Source of the DNA: an uncultured Saccharicrinis sp.
Lineage (GTDB): Bacteria > Bacteroidota > Bacteroidia > Bacteroidales > Marinilabiliaceae
NCBI GenBank assembly: GCA_963675435.1
Contig: OY776216.1
Coordinates: forward strand, 4,518,082 to 4,582,081
Direction: 5' to 3'
DNA: 64,000 nt
The position numbers and the translations under genes are program-made. Below the pieces are notes generated by a model. That model was not told where the DNA came from. It did not search any database and saw nothing but the letters and a program-made list of their open reading frames with translations. Below are positions 25,600-34,414 of the stretch, in pieces. The first letter of the stretch is position 1. Every line of letters starts with the position of its first letter.

Positions 25600-26322
25600 T
25601 TAAATAGAAGCCTCAACAACAGTGTGGAATGAATCCTTATTCCATTCATCCCTATTAAAAGAACTGTAAAACTCTATTTTAGAAAAATGCCTGCTTAATA
25701 TCTGCTGAAGCTGATCTTTAACAATCGGAAATAATTTTACCTGCTGATTTCTGTATCCTCCATCTTTTTTTGATATCAGATTTGTTGCAAATACTATTGA
25801 ATTTGAAGAAATTTCATTATATAATCGTTCAAATATATAATGATCACTTTCAATAGTAGGAAGCGCATCAATGTTACTCGATAAAATACGATCATAATTT
25901 ACAACCTGTAGCAATAACTTACCTTCACGCTTAAGTAAATTCCTGGAAGAAGACACAAAGTGTTCTAATTCTTCTAGTCCGGATAAATGAACCAGTGTAT
26001 TCCCCAGGCAATATATTAAATTAAAAACTTCATTTGGATACAATTCTCCAATTCGAGATAAATCACCCTTTTTAAATTGAACATTGATAGCCTGAGGACA
26101 TTTTTCCTTTGCCCTATCTATCATATCCGCATCTAAATCAAAAGCTTTTACCGCAGCACCTCTTCTGCCCAAAGCAATTGCCAAACTACCGGTTCCACAC
26201 CCTGCATCTAACATTGTTTTTCCAGCCAATGCTTTATACATACCTTCAATAAACGAAAGCTGCTTAGGATTTAACGGAAATATTTCATCGTAAGCTTTAA
26301 CTATTTCCTGATAAAATGACAT
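25600..26322 (-). CDS. Class I SAM-dependent methyltransferase
   Basis: Motif I is LDAGCGTGSLA. The ORF extends to 26364, but Met15 (26322) looks the better start. Confidence 0.8.
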   Translation of the reverse strand: MSFYQEIVKAYDEIFPLNPKQLSFIEGMYKALAGKTMLDAGCGTGSLAIALGRRGAAVKAFDLDADMIDRAKEKCPQAINVQFKKGDLSRIGELYPNEVFNLIYCLGNTLVHLSGLEELEHFVSSSRNLLKREGKLLLQVVNYDRILSSNIDALPTIESDHYIFERLYNEISSNSIVFATNLISKKDGGYRNQQVKLFPIVKDQLQQILSRHFSKIEFYSSFNRDEWNKDSFHTVVEASI

Positions 26323-26389
26323 AAAATCTACACTTTTATTAATCAAAATACAATAAGTAAACAACTCATAATAATTTTTGCTCTACTTA

Positions 26390-27340
26390 TTATTTTAAAA
26401 CTTTCTCAATATGATATCTATTTCGTTCCGGACTATTTCGAGATACTAGTTCAGCAAGGAAGCCTGCTACAAACAATTGTGTACCAATAATCATACAAGC
26501 CAAAGCGATATAAAAGTACGGACTTGAGGTAACTAAAGGTTGCTGGATTTGATGATATACATAATATAGTTTTTTGACGCCTAAATACAACGAGGAGAAA
26601 AAACCAACCATAAACATTAAGGTTCCTAATCCTCCGAAAAGATGCATGGGGCGTTTTCCAAACTTTGAAATAAAAGTAACAGACAATAAATCCAAAAAGC
26701 CTTTTAAAAAGCGTTCAATACCAAATTTCGATACTCCGTATTGACGTTCCCTGTGAATAACAACCTTCTCTCCTATTTTTCCAAATCCATTTCGTTTAGC
26801 CAAAATAGGAATATATCTGTGCATTTCTCCATACACTTCTATACTCTTCACCACCTCTTTTCTGTAAGCTTTTAATCCGCAATTAAAGTCATGAAGTTTA
26901 ATACCGGAAACCCATCGTGCAGTTCTATTAAATAGTTTACTTGGTATAGTTTTGCCTAAAGGATCATGTCGTTTCTTTTTCCATCCACTAATTAAATCAT
27001 AACCATCTTCCTTAATCATTCTGTATAATTCAGGAAGTTCATCCGGGTTATCCTGAAGATCTGCATCCATGGTAATCACAACATCTCCTCTTACAGCTTC
27101 AAATCCACTATATAAAGCAGCAGATTTACCATAATTTCTACGAAACTTAATTCCTCTTACTTCTTTGTATTCTGCAGCAAGTTCTTCTACAACATTCCAT
27201 GATGAATCGGTACTCCCATCATCTACAAATAAAAGTTCATAAGTAATCTCTCTTTCTTTAAGAACTCTATCAACCCAATCAAACAACTCTTTTAACGACT
27301 CTTCTTCATTAAAAAGGGGTACAACTACAGATAAATCCAT
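26390..27340 (-). CDS. Family 2 glycosyltransferase (polyprenyl-phosphate glycosyltransferase type with C-terminal TM helices)
   Basis: 316 aa with the motifs VVVPLFNEE, FVDDGSTD and MDADLQD. Confidence 0.85.
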   Translation of the reverse strand: MDLSVVVPLFNEEESLKELFDWVDRVLKEREITYELLFVDDGSTDSSWNVVEELAAEYKEVRGIKFRRNYGKSAALYSGFEAVRGDVVITMDADLQDNPDELPELYRMIKEDGYDLISGWKKKRHDPLGKTIPSKLFNRTARWVSGIKLHDFNCGLKAYRKEVVKSIEVYGEMHRYIPILAKRNGFGKIGEKVVIHRERQYGVSKFGIERFLKGFLDLLSVTFISKFGKRPMHLFGGLGTLMFMVGFFSSLYLGVKKLYYVYHQIQQPLVTSSPYFYIALACMIIGTQLFVAGFLAELVSRNSPERNRYHIEKVLK

Positions 27341-27424
27341 ATTATCTAAACTATTTTAAAATAATAAGGTTAGACTATCCATATATAATCTAACCTTGTA
27401 TAATTCTTTACACTTGTTTATTAT

Positions 27425-27946
27425 TTAGAACTCTGGTTCCGGGTCTTTTTTAAGAATAGCTGAAATAATCAATGAAAATACAAATCCCCAAAATACAGCA
27501 CTTATTACTACCATTACTGACATCATTGCAGGACTAAACATTATATTCATAATTCCTTCAGCCTGTTCTAAACTAGCCTCTGTAGCACCTTGCTCTAATG
27601 CTTTTTCCTGAGTTATAGCTATAATCTTTTCATGTACTGAAGGGTCAATTATAGTATAAAACACATAAATAAATGCACCATAAACAACACCACCAAATAA
27701 GCCAATTAAGGTTCCTAACCCAAGACCTTGGCTATATTTTACGTATCCTTCGTTTTGTTTTTCCTTATAATTTTTAATTCCCAATACCACCATCGCAATC
27801 ATAATTACATACCATAATAGTCCAAAAATGGTGTTTCCTAATAATCCACCATAAGTTTGAATTAATGTAAATACTATTGATGCAATACCAAGATATAATC
27901 CCCATGTTAATACTGTTGATGATTTTGAGGCTGCTAATTTTTCCAT
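27425..27946 (-). CDS. DUF4199-like membrane protein
   Basis: 173 aa with four predicted TM segments, a pattern common in Bacteroidota. Confidence 0.5.
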   Translation of the reverse strand: MEKLAASKSSTVLTWGLYLGIASIVFTLIQTYGGLLGNTIFGLLWYVIMIAMVVLGIKNYKEKQNEGYVKYSQGLGLGTLIGLFGGVVYGAFIYVFYTIIDPSVHEKIIAITQEKALEQGATEASLEQAEGIMNIMFSPAMMSVMVVISAVFWGFVFSLIISAILKKDPEPEF

Positions 27947-28165
27947 AATTTATTTTATTTTGATTAGTTCGTTTGTCAAAGATAATGTTTAAACCTTAAC
28001 AATTATAATAAAAAATTATGATTAAAATCCGCCTTAAATCATCATTGACAATTTCACTAAAGATAAACCATAATTTTTAATGAAAATTATTACAAAAATA
28101 ACTTATTGATAACAAAGCAATTATTAAATACTTCAAAAAAAAAGGTGTTTTTTTTTCATTTTTCA

Positions 28166-28196
28166 CTTGCAGGTAATGTGAATTTGTCTACATTTG
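28166..28196 (+). promoter_or_regulatory. Candidate promoter for the SRP RNA/tRNA transcript
   Basis: TACATTTG (28189-28196) matches TAnnTTTG, with CTTG ending 19 nt upstream. Confidence 0.55.
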
Positions 28197-28205
28197 CATC
28201 CGCTA

Positions 28206-28311
28206 AAGCACGGGTAAGTCCTGTACGACCAGCTCCTATTGAATTCCCCCAGGGCCTGACGGCAGCAAGGGTAGATGGTTGAGCGGTGCGATGCAGGTAG
28301 CTTACCCACCC
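28206..28311 (+). ncRNA. ffs: Small (4.5S-type) SRP RNA
   Basis: The 3' half, GGCAGCAAGGGTAGATG...GATGCAGGTAGCTTACCCACCC, parallels my recollection of E. coli 4.5S (GCAGCCAAGGCAGATG...GGGATGTAGCTGGCAGGGCCCCCACCC). The 5' GGGTAAG pairs with the 3' CTTACCC. Ends are approximate. Confidence 0.72.
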
Positions 28312-28385
28312 GCCAATATAGCTCAGTTGGCTAGAGCAGCTGATTTGTAATCAGCAGGTCGTGGGTTCGAGTCCCTCTATTGGCT
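28312..28385 (+). tRNA. tRNA-Thr (anticodon TGT)
   Basis: The cloverleaf folds by eye: acceptor GCCAATA/TATTGGC, anticodon loop TTTGTAA, T-loop GGTTCGAGTCC. Confidence 0.9.
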
Positions 28386-28438
28386 CTTTTTAGTTTTCAT
28401 AATGTTGGAAACTGGTAATGTATTGAAATATTGATTTT

Positions 28439-28521
28439 GGGGAGATACCAAAGTGGCCAACTGGGGCGGACTGTAACTCCGCTGACTTTCGTCTTCGTAG
28501 GTTCGAATCCTGCTCTCCCCA
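28439..28521 (+). tRNA. tRNA-Tyr (anticodon GTA), long variable arm
   Basis: Acceptor GGGGAGA/TCTCCCC, anticodon loop CTGTAAC, T-loop GGTTCGAATCC. Confidence 0.9.
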
Positions 28522-28548
28522 CTTTAATTTGTTTAAGCAAATAAAATT

Positions 28549-28622
28549 GCCAATATAGCTCAGTTGGCTAGAGCAGCTGATTTGTAATCAGCAGGTCGTG
28601 GGTTCGAGTCCCTCTATTGGCT
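28549..28622 (+). tRNA. tRNA-Thr (TGT), copy 2
   Basis: Identical to the copy at 28312-28385. Confidence 0.9.
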
Positions 28623-28634
28623 CTTTTTTATTTT

Positions 28635-28707
28635 GCGGAAGTAGCTCAGCTGATAGAGCATTAGCCTTCCAAGCTAAGGGTCGCGGGTTTGATCCCCGTC
28701 TTCCGCT
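28635..28707 (+). tRNA. tRNA-Gly (anticodon TCC)
   Basis: Acceptor GCGGAAG/CTTCCGC, anticodon loop CTTCCAA. Confidence 0.9.
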
Positions 28708-28712
28708 CACAG

Positions 28713-28742
28713 AAGCCATCTGATTTTCAGTTGGCTTTTTTT
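28713..28742 (+). terminator. Hairpin plus T-run after tRNA-Gly
   Basis: AAGCCA-loop-TGGCTT followed by TTTTTTT. Confidence 0.55.
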
Positions 28743-28789
28743 AGCCTTCAAAGGCAAACTAAAAAAGTACAAATTAAAATCATATATAA

Positions 28790-28862
28790 GCGGAAGTAGC
28801 TCAGCTGATAGAGCATTAGCCTTCCAAGCTAAGGGTCGCGGGTTTGAATCCCGTCTTCCGCT
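28790..28862 (+). tRNA. tRNA-Gly (TCC), copy 2 (T-arm variant)
   Basis: Same as the 28635 copy, except GGGTTTGAATCCCG replaces GGGTTTGATCCCCG. Confidence 0.9.
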
Positions 28863-28944
28863 CACAGAAGCCATCTGGTTTAAAATAGTTGGTTTCAAGT
28901 TTTCATAAAGTTGAAAACTAATTAAGTATTGAAAAAATAATTTT

Positions 28945-29027
28945 GGGGAGATACCAAAGTGGCCAACTGGGGCGGACTGTAACTCCGCTGACTTTCGTCT
29001 TCGTAGGTTCGAATCCTGCTCTCCCCA
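28945..29027 (+). tRNA. tRNA-Tyr (GTA), copy 2
   Basis: Identical to the copy at 28439-28521. Confidence 0.9.
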
Positions 29028-29054
29028 CTTTAATTTGTTTAAGCAAACAAAATT

Positions 29055-29128
29055 GCCAATATAGCTCAGTTGGCTAGAGCAGCTGATTTGTAATCAGCAG
29101 GTCGTGGGTTCGAGTCCCTCTATTGGCT
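29055..29128 (+). tRNA. tRNA-Thr (TGT), copy 3
   Basis: Identical to the other Thr copies. Confidence 0.9.
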
Positions 29129-29140
29129 CTTTTTTATTTT

Positions 29141-29213
29141 GCGGAAGTAGCTCAGCTGATAGAGCATTAGCCTTCCAAGCTAAGGGTCGCGGGTTTGATC
29201 CCCGTCTTCCGCT
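29141..29213 (+). tRNA. tRNA-Gly (TCC), copy 3
   Basis: Identical to the copy at 28635-28707. Confidence 0.9.
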
Positions 29214-29326
29214 CACAGAAGCCATCTAATTTTCAGTTGGACTTTTTTATATAATTGAGCAATAAAATTATACTTCATTTTTTTAAAATGAAAAGTGAAA
29301 ATATTAAAAAAAAAAACACTTTTTTA

Positions 29327-29357
29327 TTTGCTTGAAAAAAAAATACAGGTATATTTG
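29327..29357 (+). promoter_or_regulatory. Near-consensus Bacteroidota promoter
   Basis: TTTG (29327-29330), a 19-nt spacer, then TATATTTG (29350-29357). Confidence 0.65.
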
Positions 29358-29363
29358 TACCAA

Positions 29364-29457
29364 ATTAAAACAAGAAAAAAGGCAACTACTAGTTGTTCAA
29401 AGATATAGGGTTAGGTTTGGTTAAAAATGGGGATGCCGCAAGGCTCCCTTTTTTTTT
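29364..29457 (+). ncRNA. Candidate small RNA or terminated leader (about 95 nt), unidentified family
   Basis: It starts just after the promoter above. An internal hairpin is GGCAAC-TACTA-GTTGTT, and ACCAAA pairs with TTTGGT. It ends in the strong terminator GGGA(T)GCC-GCAA-GGCTCCC plus T9 (29429-29457). Confidence 0.5.
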
Positions 29458-29659
29458 GTCCTAATTTTTCATGTGTTTATAATTTGATTTCGATTGTCGC
29501 ATGCAACTCTCCCAATTTGATCATTCTCTCGTGTGTGAATTTGGATAATCAAATTTTCATGTTCGTTTCATGACTTCTCTTAAATAATTTTTCTTTCTTT
29601 ATTAAAATTATCCATATTTCCGAAATCTTAACTCTAAACGGATCATAGAATAATAAATT

Positions 29660-32323
29660 ATGAAGGAAAAACACCCTATAGTAAAAGCCATAGCTCAATT
29701 TATATTTCTTCTGGGAAGAATCATTTTATCAATAAGATATAAAGTTCACTTAGAAAGAATTACTGATATTGATGCTAATAAACCTATTTTATTTCTACCG
29801 AACCATCAGGCTGTTGTTGATCCAATGCTACTAGTTAGCTATTTGTATCCTCATAAAAATGTAGTTCCCATGATTACCAGCTCATATTATGATTTGCCTG
29901 TTGTAAAATTATTTTTTAAAAACTGGGGTGCGGTTAGAATTAGTGATTTAGAAAGTGGAAGTAGAAATACTAATGTGTTGAATGAAATTACAGCATCGGC
30001 TATTACCGCTTTTAAGCATAAAAAAAGTATTGTAATTTATCCTTCGGGGCAAATTGCTTCTCAAGGATACGAAAGAATACTAAATAAAAAAGGCGCATAC
30101 GAGATTGTAAAACAGCTACCTTCCAATGTTCAAATTATAGGAGTTAGAATAAATGGTTTATGGGGCAGTCAGTGGTCAAAAGCATGGAAAGGGCAATCAC
30201 CAAATTTTGGACTTAACCTTATTAAAGGTATTTTCTACACACTCTGTAACATCTTTATTTTAATGCCCAAACGAAAAGTATCTATCTATTTTGAAGATAT
30301 AACTAAAGATGCCATTGATTTTTCGAAAGATGACAAACAGACCTTCAATCAATTTTTAGAGCGTTTTTATAATTCAAAAGGTGAAGAACAACCATCTTTT
30401 ATTAAACATTACTTTTTTAGTCCTGCTCTTAAAAGAGAGCTGCCTGATAAATTGGGAAATCAATCAGCTCCCTTTAATCATACACAGACAAAACATTCAT
30501 TTCCTCAGGCCGTTGTTAAGGATGTTAATTTCATTTTAAAAAAGCATTTCCCTGTAAATACTGAAGAGATTACTCCCCAAACACACTTAATCAATGATCT
30601 GGGAGCAGACTCGATCAACCTTGTTGAGATTATTAAAGATATTGAAGCGTTTTTTAATGTGGAAACTCAGACAGACATTGGCGGAATTAAAACAATAGGT
30701 CATCTATATCTTTTGGCCAATGGTAATTTACAATCAAAAATTCCACTCCCGTCCTGTTCTTTTTCAAGAAGCAATCCATTTAAAGATTATATCAAAATTA
30801 ATGCAGTTCAAAACATACCAACTCTTTTTATTAATAAGTTTACCAAGAACACACATATTCCTTTTTCGTATGATACCATGCTTGGAGAAACAAACCGAAA
30901 AGACTTCTTTTTAAAAGTATGTGTTGTTTCTGAAATTATTAAGAAAGAATGTAAGGATAAGCAAATTGGCATCATGCTTCCTGCACTTCAGAGTACCTCT
31001 TTATTAATAATGGCTAGTTATTTTGCAGGAAAAGTTCCGGTAATGTTAAACTGGACTGTTGGACAATCCATATTAGATCACTGCATCGATAAATCTGCGG
31101 TAAATTATATATTTACAGCCACTTCTTTTATTGATAAAATTAAAGATCAAATATCACCAGAAACCACAAAAAAATTAGTGTTTTTGGATAAAGAGATTCC
31201 ACAAACCAGTATTATAACAAAACTTAGAGGTGCTATCAAAAGTAAATTACCTAAATACTTCTATAATTTTGATCATATTGACGATACTGCTGTTGTTCTG
31301 TTTACTTCGGGTAGTGAAAATTTACCCAAAGCAGTAGAACTAACTCATGAAAATATCATCTATGATTTAAAAGGGACTCTTGAATTAGTTGATCTGGAAA
31401 GAAACAGAGTATTAATGGCATTTTTACCACCATTTCATAGTTTTGGATTCACTGTTCTTTCTGTTTTGCCATTAATAACAGGAACACGCACGGTGTATTC
31501 TCCGGACCCTACAGATGGAAGAACATTAGTAAAGGTAATTAAACATACTAAAGCTTCTATTTTAGTTGCAGCTCCAAGCTTTTTAAAAATTATTTTAAAT
31601 AATGCGATTAAAGAAGATTTGTCACATATTAAATATGTTGTATCAGGAGCTGAAGCACTCACTCCAGACCTTCTTGACTATTTTAAAACAATGATGCCTC
31701 AGGCATACTTACTCGAAGGATACGGAATTACAGAGTGTGCTCCAGTATTGTCTCTTAATCCGCTTCAGCAACAAAAAGCAGGCAGTGTTGGCAAAATTAT
31801 TAAAGGTGTAGATTGTAAAATTATTGATTTAGAAAACAATCAACCCATCAATAATAACCAAACAGGCATGATATGCTTTAAAGGTAAAAACATTTTCAGA
31901 GGATATAACGATCCTGCTATCCCCTCCCCTTTTATTGAAATAAATAATGAAACGTACTATAAAACTGGAGATTTAGGATATATTGACGACGATGATTTCC
32001 TTTATATTACTGGAAGATTAAAACGATTTATAAAAATTGGTGGTGAGATGATAAGCTTACCTTTTATTGAAGGTATATTGGAAGAAGGTTTTGGAAGTAA
32101 CGAAGAAAAAATTCTGGCTGTGGAAGGTAATGACAAAATTCAACCACCACAGATTGTCCTCTTTACTAAAAAGCCTATTACACTCAATGAGGCTAATGAA
32201 CACCTTCGATTAAACAAAGCTCCTTCAATAGGTAAAATAACACGAATAGAACTCATGGAAGATATCCCACTTTTAGGAACGGGAAAAATAGATTATAAAT
32301 TACTTAAGGAGAAGGTTCAATAA
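29660..32323 (+). CDS. Three-domain fusion: lysophospholipid acyltransferase (PlsC-type), acyl-carrier (PP-binding) domain, and AMP-forming acyl-ACP/CoA synthetase (Aas-like)
   Basis: 887 aa. HX4D box NHQAVVDP near the N-terminus. Central LGADSINLVEII phosphopantetheine-attachment-like motif. C-terminal AMP-binding motifs FTSGSENLPKAV and YKTGDLG. Confidence 0.75.
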   Translation: MKEKHPIVKAIAQFIFLLGRIILSIRYKVHLERITDIDANKPILFLPNHQAVVDPMLLVSYLYPHKNVVPMITSSYYDLPVVKLFFKNWGAVRISDLESGSRNTNVLNEITASAITAFKHKKSIVIYPSGQIASQGYERILNKKGAYEIVKQLPSNVQIIGVRINGLWGSQWSKAWKGQSPNFGLNLIKGIFYTLCNIFILMPKRKVSIYFEDITKDAIDFSKDDKQTFNQFLERFYNSKGEEQPSFIKHYFFSPALKRELPDKLGNQSAPFNHTQTKHSFPQAVVKDVNFILKKHFPVNTEEITPQTHLINDLGADSINLVEIIKDIEAFFNVETQTDIGGIKTIGHLYLLANGNLQSKIPLPSCSFSRSNPFKDYIKINAVQNIPTLFINKFTKNTHIPFSYDTMLGETNRKDFFLKVCVVSEIIKKECKDKQIGIMLPALQSTSLLIMASYFAGKVPVMLNWTVGQSILDHCIDKSAVNYIFTATSFIDKIKDQISPETTKKLVFLDKEIPQTSIITKLRGAIKSKLPKYFYNFDHIDDTAVVLFTSGSENLPKAVELTHENIIYDLKGTLELVDLERNRVLMAFLPPFHSFGFTVLSVLPLITGTRTVYSPDPTDGRTLVKVIKHTKASILVAAPSFLKIILNNAIKEDLSHIKYVVSGAEALTPDLLDYFKTMMPQAYLLEGYGITECAPVLSLNPLQQQKAGSVGKIIKGVDCKIIDLENNQPINNNQTGMICFKGKNIFRGYNDPAIPSPFIEINNETYYKTGDLGYIDDDDFLYITGRLKRFIKIGGEMISLPFIEGILEEGFGSNEEKILAVEGNDKIQPPQIVLFTKKPITLNEANEHLRLNKAPSIGKITRIELMEDIPLLGTGKIDYKLLKEKVQ

Positions 32324-32366
32324 CTAAGTCTTAAAAGACTTAGTTTCTTTTATTAAATAGCCGCAT

Positions 32367-34391
32367 TTAAAATTTTAGAACAAAACCACCGTAAACATAA
32401 GTTGGTAACGCCGGGTAATAATAACGGGGTTTATTATTACCAAAAGAACTTGCATTTATCAGAACCATAGAGGCATAATGTGTATTAAATATATTATTAC
32501 ATCCAATAAAAATATTACTTTCTACATCTGAAATATTAAACTTGTAGTTTAGTTTTCCATCAAGCTTTTGATAGCCATTATATATTTTAGAATTATCATC
32601 GGTAAGGTATTGTTTTCCTATATTATTATAGTTTAAATTAATTGACCATGCTTTGTATGATGAGTTAATCTGATAAGATAATATAAACTTAGGGATTCCT
32701 GGTAAATGATTCCCTTTTTGATCCTGGCCATCATCAACAAAATTTTCAAATTTATTCTTCGAAATAAAGTAATTTACAATCATATCTAATGAATATATTT
32801 TTGATCTGAAAGCATTATAAATCAAAGAAGACTCTATTCCGTAATGCTTTGTTTTACCAGCATTTATTCCATAAAATACATCTTCACTTTCTCTTTTTGT
32901 AACCAGGAGATTTTTCATTTGTAGTTGATATAATGTTAAATCCAGATTTAGTTTGTTACTCGGTGAAGCATACCTATACCCCAATTCAATGCCAATCCCT
33001 TGTTCTGGTTTTACAGAATGATTGAATGAACCATCAGGCATTAAAGACTCTTCAAAAGATGGTTGAGAAAAACCATGCCCAACCGAACCAAATACGATAT
33101 GATTTTTGCTTAAAGTGTAATTTAATCCTAACCTTGGAGATGCAATCCAATTAAATGCGAAATTCTTTTGATCTACAACAGACTGATAACCTGTTTTATT
33201 CATATTCAGAGAGGCCTGAAATAATAAGTCAGGTATAATCCGAGTTTCAAAAACACTAAAAATATTAGCATTATACCGAATTAGTTTATTGGCGTTTGTT
33301 AGCGTCCCGTAATCTTCTTCATTAATACTAAAATACTTCAACCTATTTCTCTCGTGTAAAAGTTCTACTCCTAAAATTGCCCTGATTTTTTTCTTTTTAT
33401 ATACCAGTTTATCTCTTACACCAACACTATTTTTTACCTCCTGTAAACGATTAAATGGCCTTAACTCATTTAAGTTTGAGTTACGAAAAAACAAATTGGT
33501 TGAATGAGCCACTCGATTCGATATAGGGAAAGCCCATCCTCCACTAATTAAATGTTGATACGATTTTTCATAACCTTTTATTTGAGACCAGGAAAAGGCT
33601 GCTTTTTGAGGAGAATCATAAAAACTCAGACTATCTAATGAGCTAGGTATTTGTCCGAACAATCTGGTATAATGGTAAAACAATTTAAAATTACTTTGCC
33701 CCATTTGATGATTGGCATTAAAAGTAATATTATGTCTTTCATAATTACTATTCTCTCTATATCCATCTGAACTCAGGTAACTTGCACTCATATTAACCAA
33801 ACTGGTTTTATGCTGTAAAAGATTCAGATTTATCTGGTTTAAAAAAGTATTGTAACGGCTATATTCACTTTTGTAAACTATATTTTTACTACTATTTTTT
33901 ATTTGATTGGGAGAAATTAAAACGACTCCGCCTAATCCGGCTCCATAAAGAGCTGATGCTGGTCCTTTTAAAACCTGAATGTCAGAAATATCATTAAGGC
34001 CAATATCCTCAATTGCCGTTACTCCATCTCCATCCGTTATGGGAACATCCCCCCAATAAGCTTTTATCCTGTTTGAGTTATATGGTGTTCTTGATCCAAC
34101 ACCCCTTATTGTAATTCTATTGGTACTTAATGTTCCCTGCTGCATAAAAACCCCTGGAATGGTATTCAATTGCTCTGATAAATCATGCCCACTTCCAGAG
34201 TGAACTTTTAATGAATCCATCTTTATATAGCCTCCTGGCCACTCCAGCTCATTTTCTATAAATAAAGGTGCCCTAACACTTACCTCTTTCATGATAATAG
34301 TTGTAGTTGTATCTATTACAGAAAGCTGAGCATTCGCATTATTAGCCACTAAAAAAAAGAGTGAAATAAGTAACCCTATTCGAATTATCAT
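32367..34391 (-). CDS. TonB-dependent receptor
   Basis: 674 aa with a signal peptide, a plug domain (VLKGPASALYGAGLGGVV) and a C-terminal beta-barrel ending in F. Confidence 0.85.
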   Translation of the reverse strand: MIIRIGLLISLFFLVANNANAQLSVIDTTTTIIMKEVSVRAPLFIENELEWPGGYIKMDSLKVHSGSGHDLSEQLNTIPGVFMQQGTLSTNRITIRGVGSRTPYNSNRIKAYWGDVPITDGDGVTAIEDIGLNDISDIQVLKGPASALYGAGLGGVVLISPNQIKNSSKNIVYKSEYSRYNTFLNQINLNLLQHKTSLVNMSASYLSSDGYRENSNYERHNITFNANHQMGQSNFKLFYHYTRLFGQIPSSLDSLSFYDSPQKAAFSWSQIKGYEKSYQHLISGGWAFPISNRVAHSTNLFFRNSNLNELRPFNRLQEVKNSVGVRDKLVYKKKKIRAILGVELLHERNRLKYFSINEEDYGTLTNANKLIRYNANIFSVFETRIIPDLLFQASLNMNKTGYQSVVDQKNFAFNWIASPRLGLNYTLSKNHIVFGSVGHGFSQPSFEESLMPDGSFNHSVKPEQGIGIELGYRYASPSNKLNLDLTLYQLQMKNLLVTKRESEDVFYGINAGKTKHYGIESSLIYNAFRSKIYSLDMIVNYFISKNKFENFVDDGQDQKGNHLPGIPKFILSYQINSSYKAWSINLNYNNIGKQYLTDDNSKIYNGYQKLDGKLNYKFNISDVESNIFIGCNNIFNTHYASMVLINASSFGNNKPRYYYPALPTYVYGGFVLKF

Positions 34392-34414
34392 TTATATAAA
34401 AATGGTTTTAGAGT

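Noticed and set aside
28707-28898. 63-aa minus-strand ORF.
   Set aside because: It is antisense to the tRNA-Gly genes and their spacer, so it is spurious.
29522-29574. Shared motif ATTCTC(G/A)TGTGTGA ... GTTCGTTTCAT, also at 35881-35922.
   Set aside because: There are only two copies, with different internal spacing (22 vs 15 nt) and opposite orientation relative to the adjacent genes. This is insufficient for a regulatory-site call.
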